A DNA stretch of 64,000 nt from a virus (lineage: Duplodnaviria > Caudoviricetes): IMG/VR virus record IMGVR_UViG_3300035663_000005, positions 22,728 through 86,727 of that record; one strand, 5' to 3'. Position numbers and translations under genes: made by a program. Under the pieces are notes generated by a model. It searched no databases and was not told the DNA's origin. It saw only the letters and a list, made by a program, of their open reading frames with translations. Below, piece by piece: positions 20,899 to 29,345 of this stretch. Position 1 is the stretch's first letter, and each line of letters begins with the position of its first letter.

Positions 20899-21765
20899 TC
20901 AAGCACTAGGTGGAAGTAATTCTCCTTGATTGTGTCGTAGCAGTGTCTCTTTTAAAAACAAGGCTGGCACAGAATATATTTGCCAATTACGGCAGTTTAG
21001 CATAACCACTACACCAATGCAAGCCCCGGAGTCTGCACGATACAATCCGCCGCCTGAGGAGCCTGGAGCACCATCAGCATCTGTTTGATAATAATAAGGT
21101 AGATGCTCGGATAGTGAACCCCGGCTCCTGTGATTGTTTCCAATGATACCGCGAGTAATGCTCATGTAATCCGACGATGGGTTTCCCATGATGTATACAG
21201 GCACTCCCATTCGTGGAGTAGCATAATCAAACCTGCATCCTTTAACAAGAGCGGTCAATGGTTTATCGTTTGCCACCTCTAGGATGGCTAGGTCATATTC
21301 TGGATCGTTGAATACCAATTTACAAGTTTCTTTACTTATTGGAGACTCTAACTCTCCTGCAAACAGAGTAACTTCTATCTTTTTTGTTCCCCATGTTTTA
21401 TCATTAGATGATGCGTCTTCAGAAAAAGAAGGAAACATAGGAACAAAATCTATTTCCACATAATTATCAGGAAAAATACATCTTCTAGTTTTAACTTGTT
21501 CTTCATCTTCAATCACATGTGCTGCTGTGAGCACATACAACTTGCCGTTCTTGCGATATGCAATGCCAGAACCAAGAGGCACACCGTCGTAGTGGACAAC
21601 GGCATTTGCTCCCACGATACTTTCCACAACCTGTTGGTTGTAACTATTGCAATCGCAATTTGCTGATGAATGGCAGGATACTTGTCCTGCTGTAAGCACG
21701 CTTGCAAGCGTTAGTAGCACGCTCGCCATGACCAAACTCCTCGGTCTACGCATACGCGGCTCCAA
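20899..21765 (-). CDS. Trypsin-like serine protease with signal peptide
   Basis: Triad TAAHV / YDLAIL / PGSSGG; hydrophobic N-terminus; start uncertain. Confidence 0.85.
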   Translation of the reverse strand: MEPRMRRPRSLVMASVLLTLASVLTAGQVSCHSSANCDCNSYNQQVVESIVGANAVVHYDGVPLGSGIAYRKNGKLYVLTAAHVIEDEEQVKTRRCIFPDNYVEIDFVPMFPSFSEDASSNDKTWGTKKIEVTLFAGELESPISKETCKLVFNDPEYDLAILEVANDKPLTALVKGCRFDYATPRMGVPVYIMGNPSSDYMSITRGIIGNNHRSRGSLSEHLPYYYQTDADGAPGSSGGGLYRADSGACIGVVVMLNCRNWQIYSVPALFLKETLLRHNQGELLPPSA

Positions 21766-21773
21766 TCTGTCCT

Positions 21774-21839
21774 TTTAAGACGGCTAGTTTTTGGTTAATC
21801 TAGCCGTTTAAGACGGCTAGTTTTTGGTTAATCTAGCCG
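21774..21839. repeat. 2 x 33-bp perfect tandem repeat of a hairpin unit
   Basis: TTTAAGACGGCTAGTTTTTGGTTAATCTAGCCG twice; each unit has a CGGCTAG/CTAGCCG stem. Confidence 0.95.
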
Positions 21840-21867
21840 TTTGAGAAGGACAGAATTATTTATAAAA

Positions 21868-22488
21868 TTACTGCTTTTGATTTTTTAAATCGTAGTAGTA
21901 ACTATCATCATCGCAATCAATAACCCAACGGTCGCTTGTTCCCTCGCATCGGAAAATCTTATCGTCAACCTTGTAGTCAGGCTTCTCAGGGAACGGCTTA
22001 GTTACAAACGACATATGCTTCCAATAGATTCTGTTGTTTGGCTGTAGGGCAAAGCACCCGTTATCCAAACGAATCATATGCAAGCACTTGTATTGAGTTG
22101 GCTCATCGCTGTATGCGTTGTTATACCAATCAAAAGTTGTCATGTAATCTCCCCAATATGCTTTACCGTCTTTCAAGATAACCTTGCAACGAGACCCACG
22201 AAGAGGTTCGTATGTGGTGACAGTTGAGTTAATGGAGAAGCAATCCCATAACTGAAGATGATCTAAAGGAATCTCAGGTGCGTCTTCACGATGACAAAGC
22301 ATGTGAATAGGAACACGACTGCGAACCAAACCGTTATCTGTTAAAACATGAAACAGGATTGCTCGCTCAGGATTGGATTGAGCACCAAATACCATAACTT
22401 TATCAAACTCACCTCGGTGAGTCTTATGCTGATACATGTGTTCACGACGAAGCAAACAGAAAAAATTTGGTATGTTTAGGTTTAGCAT
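21868..22488 (-). CDS. Conserved phage hypothetical protein
   Basis: LQLWDCFS, LDNG.FALQPNNRI motifs recurrent in large phages. Confidence 0.65.
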   Translation of the reverse strand: MLNLNIPNFFCLLRREHMYQHKTHRGEFDKVMVFGAQSNPERAILFHVLTDNGLVRSRVPIHMLCHREDAPEIPLDHLQLWDCFSINSTVTTYEPLRGSRCKVILKDGKAYWGDYMTTFDWYNNAYSDEPTQYKCLHMIRLDNGCFALQPNNRIYWKHMSFVTKPFPEKPDYKVDDKIFRCEGTSDRWVIDCDDDSYYYDLKNQKQ

Positions 22489-22492
22489 GTAA

Positions 22493-22564
22493 AGCCATCT
22501 GTGGGATTCGAACCCACGACCTCCAGATTACAAATCAGGTGCACTACCACTGTGCTAAGATGGC
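22493..22564 (-). tRNA. tRNA-Thr(TGT)
   Basis: Cloverleaf, anticodon loop TTTGTAA, T-loop TTCGAAT. Confidence 0.92.
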
Positions 22565-22569
22565 GAAAG

Positions 22570-22642
22570 TAGTCCCTATAGGATTCGAACCTACAACTTC
22601 TTCCGTGTAAAGGAAGCACTCTAGCCGTTGAGTTAAGGGACT
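22570..22642 (-). tRNA. tRNA-Val(TAC)
   Basis: CTTCC-TTTACAC-GGAAG anticodon arm. Confidence 0.92.
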
Positions 22643-22647
22643 ATTAG

Positions 22648-22729
22648 TGTCGGTGGAGGGAGTCGAACCCACACGCCTTGCGGCAAAAGAACCTAAATCT
22701 TTCGTGTATGCCAATTTCACCACACCGAC
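22648..22729 (-). tRNA. tRNA-Leu(TAG)
   Basis: AAAGA-TTTAGGT-TCTTT, long variable arm. Confidence 0.92.
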
Positions 22730-22735
22730 TATTTC

Positions 22736-23269
22736 TTACTTCTTGACTTTGGTTTTCTTTTCCTTCTTTGCCAAAGACTTCTTAACCTTGGCAACCATTT
22801 CCTTCAGTTCAGGAGGAGAGAATGCGTTTGTCTTCAGTAGATCGTTTCTTCGCTTCTCTTCTTCCTTCTCTGCCTTCATTTCTCTGGCCTTTTCCCCACT
22901 ATCAAGTTGCTTGCAGTATTCAACGAGAGCAGCCTGACATTCTGCTTCGTTAACAAAAGGCCCGTGAAACTGTGCCCATGTTTCATCCCAAAAAATCCAA
23001 CCTGAATGCTTGGGAGAATACTCTACAGGATCGTGACGACCGATAGCAATGTATCCCTTCTCACTTGCCTTGGGCTTACTCCACTCGCACATTACCTTTT
23101 CGGTATTCTTGACCCACAGTTCAACATCAAAATCAAACGGGTAGTGCTTTAGCAAATCACGAGCCTGCTTGCGAATTGCATCCTTGCCCATCTTGGTGTT
23201 GCCCATAAGTTCCTTCAGAAATTCTGAAGTCTTAACAACTGCCCAATAAGATTCATATGGTAGCGTCAT
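22736..23269 (-). CDS. Hypothetical protein
   Basis: MTLPYE..AV....EFL..IR..AR.LLKHYP N-terminus (BPSL0761-like) plus a GW.FWDETW module. Confidence 0.6.
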   Translation of the reverse strand: MTLPYESYWAVVKTSEFLKELMGNTKMGKDAIRKQARDLLKHYPFDFDVELWVKNTEKVMCEWSKPKASEKGYIAIGRHDPVEYSPKHSGWIFWDETWAQFHGPFVNEAECQAALVEYCKQLDSGEKAREMKAEKEEEKRRNDLLKTNAFSPPELKEMVAKVKKSLAKKEKKTKVKK

Positions 23270-23450
23270 GGTATAGTTTCTCCTTCCTACGAGACTGTCG
23301 CTCGTAGGCTTTAAATAATCCTTCACTAAATCCGGCATGCTTGCCGTGACCGTATCCTTGAGAATACGCCCAAGTATATAACTTGATTTGTGAGGCTGCG
23401 AATGCGGAAATTGCCGAAACGATGAAAAAGATTGTTGCTATTGTTTCCAT
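23253..23450 (-). CDS. Small membrane protein
   Basis: METIATIFFIVSAISAF.. TM segment; the upstream ORF-track extension lies in tRNAs. Confidence 0.55.
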   Translation of the reverse strand: METIATIFFIVSAISAFAASQIKLYTWAYSQGYGHGKHAGFSEGLFKAYERQSRRKEKLYHDATI

Positions 23451-23486
23451 ATCATTAGTTATAGTATAACACAATCTGAACAAAAG

Positions 23487-23572
23487 TGCGAGAGGTGGGA
23501 TTCGAACCCACACGCCTTTAGAGGGCAGCGGATTTTGAATCCGCCGTGTATGCCAATTCCAGCCACTCTCGC
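23487..23572 (-). tRNA. tRNA-Leu(CAA)
   Basis: GCGGA-TTCAAAA-TCCGC, long variable arm. Confidence 0.92.
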
Positions 23573-23578
23573 AAACAG

Positions 23579-23651
23579 TAGGACTGATGGGATTCGAACC
23601 CATACTTTGCGGATTTTAAATCCGCTGACTCTGCCGTTGGTCTACAGTCCC
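23579..23651 (-). tRNA. tRNA-Leu(TAA), short variable loop
   Basis: GCGGA-TTTAAAA-TCCGC; 5-nt variable loop. Confidence 0.85.
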
Positions 23652-23661
23652 GTCAAGTATA

Positions 23662-23690
23662 GTATACTGTCTACTCCAACAAAGTCAAGC
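23662..23690 (-). promoter_or_regulatory. sigma70-type promoter driving tRNAs
   Basis: TTGACT..TATACT on minus strand just upstream of tRNA-Leu(TAA). Confidence 0.6.
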
Positions 23691-23707
23691 ACAAAATAAT
23701 TTTAAAA

Positions 23708-23779
23708 CTGGCTCGGCTGGATTCGAACCAGCAACCTATCCGTTAACAGCGGATCGCACTACCGTTGTGCTACGAGCCA
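23708..23779 (-). tRNA. tRNA-Asn(GTT)
   Basis: ATCCG-CTGTTAA-CGGAT. Confidence 0.92.
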
Positions 23780-23784
23780 ACTTT

Positions 23785-23949
23785 TTAAATTTGCTTTTCT
23801 CGCTTAATCCAAAGTGGAAGAATACCACGCTCTTCAAGTTTACGAAGAGTTTCCTTCTTTGCATTAAGTAGCAGTTCCTGTCGCTTCAAGCGACGAGATT
23901 CATAACGACGCTTACGACGACGACGAAGTTCTCTCATTTTGTCTATCAT
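23785..23949 (-). CDS. 54-aa Arg-rich basic protein (not in ORF track)
   Basis: MIDKMRELRRRRKRRYESRRLKRQELLLNAKKETLRKLEERGILPLWIKREKQI. Confidence 0.55.
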   Translation of the reverse strand: MIDKMRELRRRRKRRYESRRLKRQELLLNAKKETLRKLEERGILPLWIKREKQI

Positions 23950-24547
23950 TATCTAAACCTTTCTTCTTCATAAGATGCTTCACCCAAATTTCAGTTACAG
24001 TCATTGGATGATGGAATTCCTCAAACTTGAAACCACTAATTGGCTCCTTGTTCTTGGTCTTGAGTGCAGTATAGATGCCGTTGAGTCGGTTAGGCTTGAA
24101 CTCACCAACAGGTTCTTCCTTACCTAGACCAGGCCATGCTTCTGCCTTGGTTCCGATTACCAATCCTTGTGGAGATGCAGGCGACTTAAAGAATATGGCA
24201 TCCTGCTCATACTTTGCGCCCATCTTCTTGGCAAAGCCTTTGATGGCTCCGCTCTTTGTTGGAGTGGCATCATCTCCGATAATCATAAAAGACTCTTCAG
24301 TAACACGACGCTTCTTGCCGTCACCAAGGTCTTCTTCGTAAGTGCCAACAACTTTCTCAAAACCAAAACCTGCTGCACGAATATCATTCTCCAACTTCTT
24401 GTTGAGTCCACGATTCACCGACAGCGAATTGCTGCCACGAAACGCGGTAAGCAAAGCAAACGGTCGCTTCTCAACATGTGAGAACACGCGAGCAAGTGAG
24501 ATTTCTGTAATCAATTCTTTTCGATAGGTTTCAATTTGTTCAGACAC
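23912..24547 (-). CDS. DUF3293-like phage protein
   Basis: LTAFR..N..L..DI...GF....GTY.E..EESF..KYEQDAI; ELITE possible protease site. Confidence 0.65.
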   Translation of the reverse strand: MSEQIETYRKELITEISLARVFSHVEKRPFALLTAFRGSNSLSVNRGLNKKLENDIRAAGFGFEKVVGTYEEDLGDGKKRRVTEESFMIIGDDATPTKSGAIKGFAKKMGAKYEQDAIFFKSPASPQGLVIGTKAEAWPGLGKEEPVGEFKPNRLNGIYTALKTKNKEPISGFKFEEFHHPMTVTEIWVKHLMKKKGLDNDRQNERTSSSS

Positions 24548-24725
24548 TTGTGGCTCCCCTGATTTCTTCTGTAGATTGTTTTAGTGACAAGTAAACTTTT
24601 CGTATCTCTTCAAACGCTTGCGATGCGGTGAACTTGCCTTCCAATTCCCACTCAACAATACGAGCAGTTTTGCGGGCTAGTTCTCCAATGTTCGCATGTG
24701 CTGCGAAGTCTTCAATCTCCATCAT
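24540..24725 (-). CDS. Small conserved phage protein
   Basis: WELEGKFTA..AF.EI...Y..LK pattern. Confidence 0.5.
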   Translation of the reverse strand: MMEIEDFAAHANIGELARKTARIVEWELEGKFTASQAFEEIRKVYLSLKQSTEEIRGATSV

Positions 24726-24799
24726 TTTTCTCCGAATGCGACTTGCTGTAACCGCTCCAACAAGTCTGGTAAAGTTAAGGTATAGTGTTTAGTATACCG

Positions 24800-24934
24800 T
24801 CACTTTCCCTTCGGTGCAATTTTTTTATTTGCTTTCCGCTTTTTCTTAAAAATTGCGTCCCAATTCTTTGACCATAAAGCGTAATCCACCTTACGGTATC
24901 TATCTCCCTTGCCTGCTGCATGCTTGCCGCTCAT
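24800..24934 (-). CDS. Small basic phage protein
   Basis: AGKGDRYR.VD...W.KNWDAIF motif. Confidence 0.5.
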   Translation of the reverse strand: MSGKHAAGKGDRYRKVDYALWSKNWDAIFKKKRKANKKIAPKGK

Positions 24935-25039
24935 ATCGTCTCCTGGTGGCTTGAGAAGGTGATTTGGTGAACAGGTAGACCGCAGTTTCCTGCATCGCCA
25001 ATAGCATCAATTATAAAAACCTTCAGTTCGCCTAAATCT

Positions 25040-25276
25040 TTAAAATTGTGCAAGGCGGTCAAGTGCTTCGTTTGCAGTTCCCCACCGCTTACGCCATGCC
25101 TTCCAACGAGTGAATGCGTTACGAAGACTTGGCGTAGGAGGATTCTCCATTGCTTCAAACAATCGCTTCGCGTCTTCAGGAGACATGGCATTCAATCTCC
25201 ACTCCATCTCAGCAGAATTCATCTGATTGAGTGGAAGATTCAAAAATTCTTTAACACGGTCAAAAGGTTCAGTCAT
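25040..25276 (-). CDS. Hypothetical protein (DUF1778-like C-terminus)
   Basis: MSPEDAKRLFEAMENPPTPSLRNAF. Confidence 0.5.
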   Translation of the reverse strand: MTEPFDRVKEFLNLPLNQMNSAEMEWRLNAMSPEDAKRLFEAMENPPTPSLRNAFTRWKAWRKRWGTANEALDRLAQF

Positions 25277-25292
25277 TTTATATACTCCAAAG

Positions 25293-25367
25293 TCGGGGTG
25301 ATAGGATTTGAACCTACGACCTCCTGCTCCCAAAGCAGGCGCACTAGCCAAACTGTGCTACACCCCG
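25293..25367 (-). tRNA. tRNA-Pro(TGG)
   Basis: CCTGC-TTTGGGA-GCAGG. Confidence 0.93.
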
Positions 25368-25371
25368 AGAA

Positions 25372-25443
25372 AGCGGGTAGAGGGATTCGAACCCTCGGCC
25401 TTTGGTTTGGAAAACCAATACTCTACCGCTGAGTTATACCCGC
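25372..25443 (-). tRNA. tRNA-Gly(TCC)
   Basis: TTGGT-TTTCCAA-ACCAA. Confidence 0.92.
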
Positions 25444-25464
25444 AAAAAGTCCGAGCCATTATAG

Positions 25465-26523
25465 TTAGGTGAAAATGGTATTGAGTTGACGGTTAACTCG
25501 GACAAATGTTGTGCATTTTGGCAAGTCCTTCAGGCGAGCAGCACCCACATAAGTGCAAGCCGAACGAACTCCACCAAGAATTTGTTGCATCACGCCATCC
25601 ACAGGACCAACAGGCTTCACATGAACCCGCTTACCTTCTGCGGCACGATATTGTGCAACCCCTCCTGAATACTTTTCCATTGCAGTAGCGGAACTCATGC
25701 CGTAGAACTCCTTGCCGTCTTCGGTTTCCTCACCTGCGGCTTCATCAGTTCCTGCAAACATGCCACCAATCATAACAAAGTCTGCGCCTGCACCGAATGC
25801 CTTGGCTACATCACCGGGGCAGGTGCACCCACCGTCCGAAAGCACATAGCCACCTAGTCCGTGTGCGGCATCAGCACACTCCATGATGCACGACAGTTGC
25901 GGGTAGCCAACACCTGCAACCTTTCGTGTGGTGCAAACCGAGCCAGGCCCAATTCCAATCTTGACAATGTTCGCACCTGCAAGAATCAAGGCTTCAGTCA
26001 TTTCTCGTGTCACCACATTACCTGCAATCAGAATATGATTAGGAAAAGCCTCACGAATAGTTTGCACATACCGCACAAACTTTTCAGTATAGCCGTTAGC
26101 CACATCCACACAGATAAACTTGATGGACTTGTGGCGATTCAGAATTCGTTCAGCCTTTTGGATTTCTTCCATGCTGGAATTCATATCACCCATACCGATA
26201 GTATACACCACATTGGTAGACCAATTCAAATGACTACTTGCCCAATTATTCATAAACTTATCCCATTCTGCTTCCGTGTAATACTTGTGAATACCACACA
26301 GCGCAGCGTACTCGCTAAGACTATCAGCCATTTCAAATGTACCAACAGTATCCATGTTGGCTGCAACAATTGGCACACCAGTCCAAGTTTCTTCATTTTT
26401 ATTTGGAAGTTTAAATACAAATGTGCGAGACACATCAACCTTGCTACGACTATCAAGATTGCTGCGCTTTGGGCGAATCAGCACATCAGCGAAATCCAAC
26501 TTTACATCGTCTTCAATCTTCAT
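25465..26523 (-). CDS. guaC: GMP reductase
   Basis: [51 protein letters not shown]. Confidence 0.95.
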   Translation of the reverse strand: MKIEDDVKLDFADVLIRPKRSNLDSRSKVDVSRTFVFKLPNKNEETWTGVPIVAANMDTVGTFEMADSLSEYAALCGIHKYYTEAEWDKFMNNWASSHLNWSTNVVYTIGMGDMNSSMEEIQKAERILNRHKSIKFICVDVANGYTEKFVRYVQTIREAFPNHILIAGNVVTREMTEALILAGANIVKIGIGPGSVCTTRKVAGVGYPQLSCIMECADAAHGLGGYVLSDGGCTCPGDVAKAFGAGADFVMIGGMFAGTDEAAGEETEDGKEFYGMSSATAMEKYSGGVAQYRAAEGKRVHVKPVGPVDGVMQQILGGVRSACTYVGAARLKDLPKCTTFVRVNRQLNTIFT

Positions 26524-26547
26524 GTTGTAAACTCCTAAACTATTTAG

Positions 26548-26815
26548 ACGGGGATGCGGGAATCGAACCCGCCACTAATGAATTATCCGGAATATTTTCA
26601 TCAGCGATTCTACCGATGGTTGTTACTCCTTCAACCAAAGAACTCTCCCCATAAAAGAAAGGCGGTAGACCTGATGCTCTCTAGTGGCCATCTAGAAGAA
26701 ACATCCAACTACGCCTCTTTGTTTGCCACCGCACACTATTCTTCCTGCCGTTAGTGGGCAGGTAGGTGGGTGAGAGCAACCAAAGTTTTTGATGGGGTTA
26801 ACAATCCCACCAAGG
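26548..26815 (-). ncRNA. Putative structured ncRNA(s) ending in a tRNA-like domain
   Basis: T-arm GCGGG-TTCGATT-CCCGC with acceptor-like stem, extended arms, upstream hairpins and an H-type pseudoknot. Confidence 0.6.
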
Positions 26816-26822
26816 TTTTAAG

Positions 26823-26894
26823 TGACCCCAACGGGACTCGAACCCGTGTCAGAAGAGTGAAAGTCTTCGATCCTTGCCGCTAGACGATGGGGCC
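26823..26894 (-). tRNA. tRNA-Glu(TTC)
   Basis: GAAGA-CTTTCAC-TCTTC. Confidence 0.92.
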
Positions 26895-26913
26895 TAGAAC
26901 AACTATAGTATAC

Positions 26914-27972
26914 TCAAGAGTTGAACTGTGTCAAGTATTCCGAACCAACTTCTGAAGAAATTTTTTCTGAAATAGGATTTAAAATTGCTTCATAATCTTT
27001 ATCAAACATAAGTTTGGCAAGTCTTTCGATATCATACTCCGTTTTCCAACCCAAAACTCGCTTTGCTTTTTCTGGATTACCCAAAAGAAAAGGAACTTCA
27101 TTTGGTCGTAATAGCCTAGGATCAATTTCAACATATTTGTTATAGTCTCCCAAACCGGCGTATTCAAAAACAATACTTAAAAACTCTCTAACTGTGTGTG
27201 TTTGTTGGGTTGCTATAACATAATCATCTGCAACATTTTGTTGTAGCATTAACCACATAGCCTTTACATAATCTCCAGCAAATCCCCAATCTCTTAAAGC
27301 GTCAAGATTTCCTAAAAACAATTTATCTTGTAATCCTGCTTTAATTTTTGCGGCTGCTATTGTTATTTTTCTAGTAACAAAAGTTTCTCCTCTTCTAGGA
27401 CTTTCGTGATTGAAAAGTATTCCAGAAGAAGCGTGAAGACCGTAAGCATTTCTATAAATTCTTACACTATGATGAGCATACAACTTTGCGGCAGCATAAG
27501 GAGAAACTGGAGTCATTTTACTGTTTTCAGTAAATCCATTTGAACCATAATCTTTGCTGTCGCCAAACATTTCCGAAGAAGATGCTTGATAAAATTTAGT
27601 TTGGGGACTAACTAGACGAATGCCATCCATTATTCTAATTGTTCCCATAGCAATACCATCGGAAGTGTATTGTGCTAGATCGAAAGAAACACCAACATGG
27701 GATTGAGCAGCAAGATTATAGAACTCATCAGGCTGATACTCTTGCAAAAGTCTCACCACAGATGTTCCATCCATTAAATCATAGTAATGCATCTTGAAAT
27801 TTTTACTTAAATCTTTATTGTTTATGATATGATCTAGTCTAGGTGTATTGATGGTTGAGGTTCTTCTTTTAAGACCAACAACAAAATAACCCTTTTCAAG
27901 AAGTAAGTCTGCAAGATAAGAACCATCTTGACCAGAAACACCAGTTATTATGGCAACCTTTTGCTTTCTCAT
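26914..27972 (-). CDS. gmd: GDP-mannose 4,6-dehydratase
   Basis: ITGVSGQDGSYL, NLAAQSHV, QASSSE, SPYAAAK, FNHESPRRGETFVTRKI, RDWG. Confidence 0.95.
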   Translation of the reverse strand: MRKQKVAIITGVSGQDGSYLADLLLEKGYFVVGLKRRTSTINTPRLDHIINNKDLSKNFKMHYYDLMDGTSVVRLLQEYQPDEFYNLAAQSHVGVSFDLAQYTSDGIAMGTIRIMDGIRLVSPQTKFYQASSSEMFGDSKDYGSNGFTENSKMTPVSPYAAAKLYAHHSVRIYRNAYGLHASSGILFNHESPRRGETFVTRKITIAAAKIKAGLQDKLFLGNLDALRDWGFAGDYVKAMWLMLQQNVADDYVIATQQTHTVREFLSIVFEYAGLGDYNKYVEIDPRLLRPNEVPFLLGNPEKAKRVLGWKTEYDIERLAKLMFDKDYEAILNPISEKISSEVGSEYLTQFNS

Positions 27973-27997
27973 TATATTAAATCCTCACATTAAAAAG

Positions 27998-28360
27998 TTA
28001 TTGCAAACGAAGCAGATATTTTGTTTGGTTTAAAACTCCAATCATTTCGTCACGAATATTTAAAAGGTCGGTATCGTTTGTCGCATCCAACTTTTGTGGC
28101 ATTTCGTGTGAAAGATAGTAGATGGCGTTGTTAATCACGCCCAAAGAGTTTGAGTCCTTATAGTTGTTAACATTGAAACTAAAACTTGGATTGCCTAAAG
28201 TGTTGCCGTATTTGCCTGTGTGGACTTCCATAAACTGGTCAATCAATCCATCAAGCCCTTCATAAGCCTTTCCTAAAGCCTTATGCTCGGCATAAGACTT
28301 GGTTTGCCAGTGAAGCACTCGCAATTGAGATTGAAGTTGTAGGAAGAAGGTTACGCACAT
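27998..28360 (-). CDS. Ferritin/Dps-like protein (DUF5856)
   Basis: LHWQT.SYAEHKAL...YE.....D...E; LLNIRDEM......YLL. Confidence 0.8.
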   Translation of the reverse strand: MCVTFFLQLQSQLRVLHWQTKSYAEHKALGKAYEGLDGLIDQFMEVHTGKYGNTLGNPSFSFNVNNYKDSNSLGVINNAIYYLSHEMPQKLDATNDTDLLNIRDEMIGVLNQTKYLLRLQ

Positions 28361-28378
28361 AGTCTAGTATATATTAAA

Positions 28379-28453
28379 AGGTCGGAGTGAGATTTGAACT
28401 CACGAAATCACGGATTTGCAATCCGTTCCCTTAAGCCACTTGGGTATCCGACC
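28379..28453 (-). tRNA. tRNA-Cys(GCA)
   Basis: ACGGA-TTGCAAA-TCCGT, U73. Confidence 0.92.
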
Positions 28454-28457
28454 AAAG

Positions 28458-28542
28458 CGGACAGAGAAGGATTCGAACCCTCGGAGGCATTCACCTCGGC
28501 GGTTTAGTAAACCGCTGCATTAGACCACTCTGCCATCTGTCC
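28458..28542 (-). tRNA. tRNA-Ser(ACT)
   Basis: GCGGT-TTACTAA-ACCGC, long variable arm, G73. Confidence 0.88.
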
Positions 28543-28545
28543 TAG

Positions 28546-28626
28546 TGCGTCGTGTAGGACTCGAACCTACGAAGTCAAAGACAACAGATTTACAGTCTGT
28601 CCCAGTTGCCGCTTTGGTAACGACGC
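28546..28626 (-). tRNA. tRNA-Tyr(GTA)
   Basis: ACAGA-CTGTAAA-TCTGT. Confidence 0.92.
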
Positions 28627-28630
28627 TTAA

Positions 28631-28718
28631 CGGGCAGAGAGGGATTCGAACCCCCGGTAGATTGTTCACCTACTGTTGTTTTCAAGACAACCGCGTTAGA
28701 CCACTCCGCCATCTGCCC
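28631..28718 (-). tRNA. tRNA-Ser(TGA)
   Basis: GTTGT-CTTGAAA-ACAAC, long variable arm, G73. Confidence 0.92.
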
Positions 28719-28724
28719 CATATT

Positions 28725-28931
28725 TCACTCAGAAAGAAATCGCTTGCTTTCGCTGATTCCTTGCTTGGCTCGTTCAATGATATTTCGTTCCGCTTCCGCA
28801 TATCCCTGTCGATACTCAGCCCAATACGGTTGAGTTGCAGCATATGCAACAGAACGATCTGCTAGTCCTGCCATTCTATCTTGATAGCCGTCCTTATAGC
28901 CTTGTCCTGGAATGTATTCGTGTGTGTTCAT
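28725..28931 (-). CDS. Small hypothetical protein
   Basis: MNTHEYIPGQGYKDGY..EYRQGY; RBS AGGAG. Confidence 0.55.
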   Translation of the reverse strand: MNTHEYIPGQGYKDGYQDRMAGLADRSVAYAATQPYWAEYRQGYAEAERNIIERAKQGISESKRFLSE

Positions 28932-28948
28932 ACTGCGGTCTCCTGTAG

Positions 28949-29021
28949 TGGATCGAAGAGGACTCGAACCTCCAACCCATGCCTTGCAAAGGCATTGTTC
29001 TCCCAATTGAACTATCGACCC
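28949..29021 (-). tRNA. tRNA-Ala(TGC)
   Basis: ATGCC-TTTGCAA-GGCAT; G3:U70. Confidence 0.93.
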
Positions 29022-29246
29022 TTATTCATCTCTCATAAATTCTATGCCGTCAACTTTAGTGAATGATGAGGCATAATCGCCTGCTCGCTTCCACAGATCT
29101 TTATCCATCTCTTTCACATATTCGGCAAACTTCAATCCAAACAACATGATAGCCTGATGATATCGCTTCACCGTTTCTGGATCACGAATCTCATTGCCGT
29201 CATCATCTGTTGGATAGAAGTTCCACTTTTCCATATCTGTCTCCAA
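29022..29246 (-). CDS. Hypothetical protein
   Basis: ORF filling the gap between tRNAs, RBS GGAG. Confidence 0.55.
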   Translation of the reverse strand: METDMEKWNFYPTDDDGNEIRDPETVKRYHQAIMLFGLKFAEYVKEMDKDLWKRAGDYASSFTKVDGIEFMRDE

Positions 29247-29249
29247 AAA

Positions 29250-29320
29250 TTGCCCGACCTAGATTCGAACTAGGACACAGAGGACCAAAATCTCTGGTGC
29301 TACCGTTACACCATCGGGCA
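29250..29320 (-). tRNA. tRNA-Gln(TTG)
   Basis: Anticodon loop TTTTGGT; U1-A72. Confidence 0.9.
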
Positions 29321-29345
29321 AGTGCATCCTTGCACTACTCCTCTA

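Noticed and set aside
21774-21839. Mini CRISPR array
   Set aside because: Units are directly adjacent with no spacers, only two copies, and no cas genes
23451-23603. N-terminal ORF extensions (also 25277..25351 and 28932..29006) and plus-strand ORFs 22647..22937 and 28545..28865
   Set aside because: They run through tRNA genes
26548-26815. tmRNA or tRNA-Sec
   Set aside because: No G3:U70 alanine acceptor with a CCA-type end, no evident tag ORF, and no TCA anticodon loop
22648-28718. Suppressor tRNAs or stop-codon reassignment
   Set aside because: TAG, TAA and TGA here are anticodons reading CTA, TTA and TCA; conserved genes are full length in code 11
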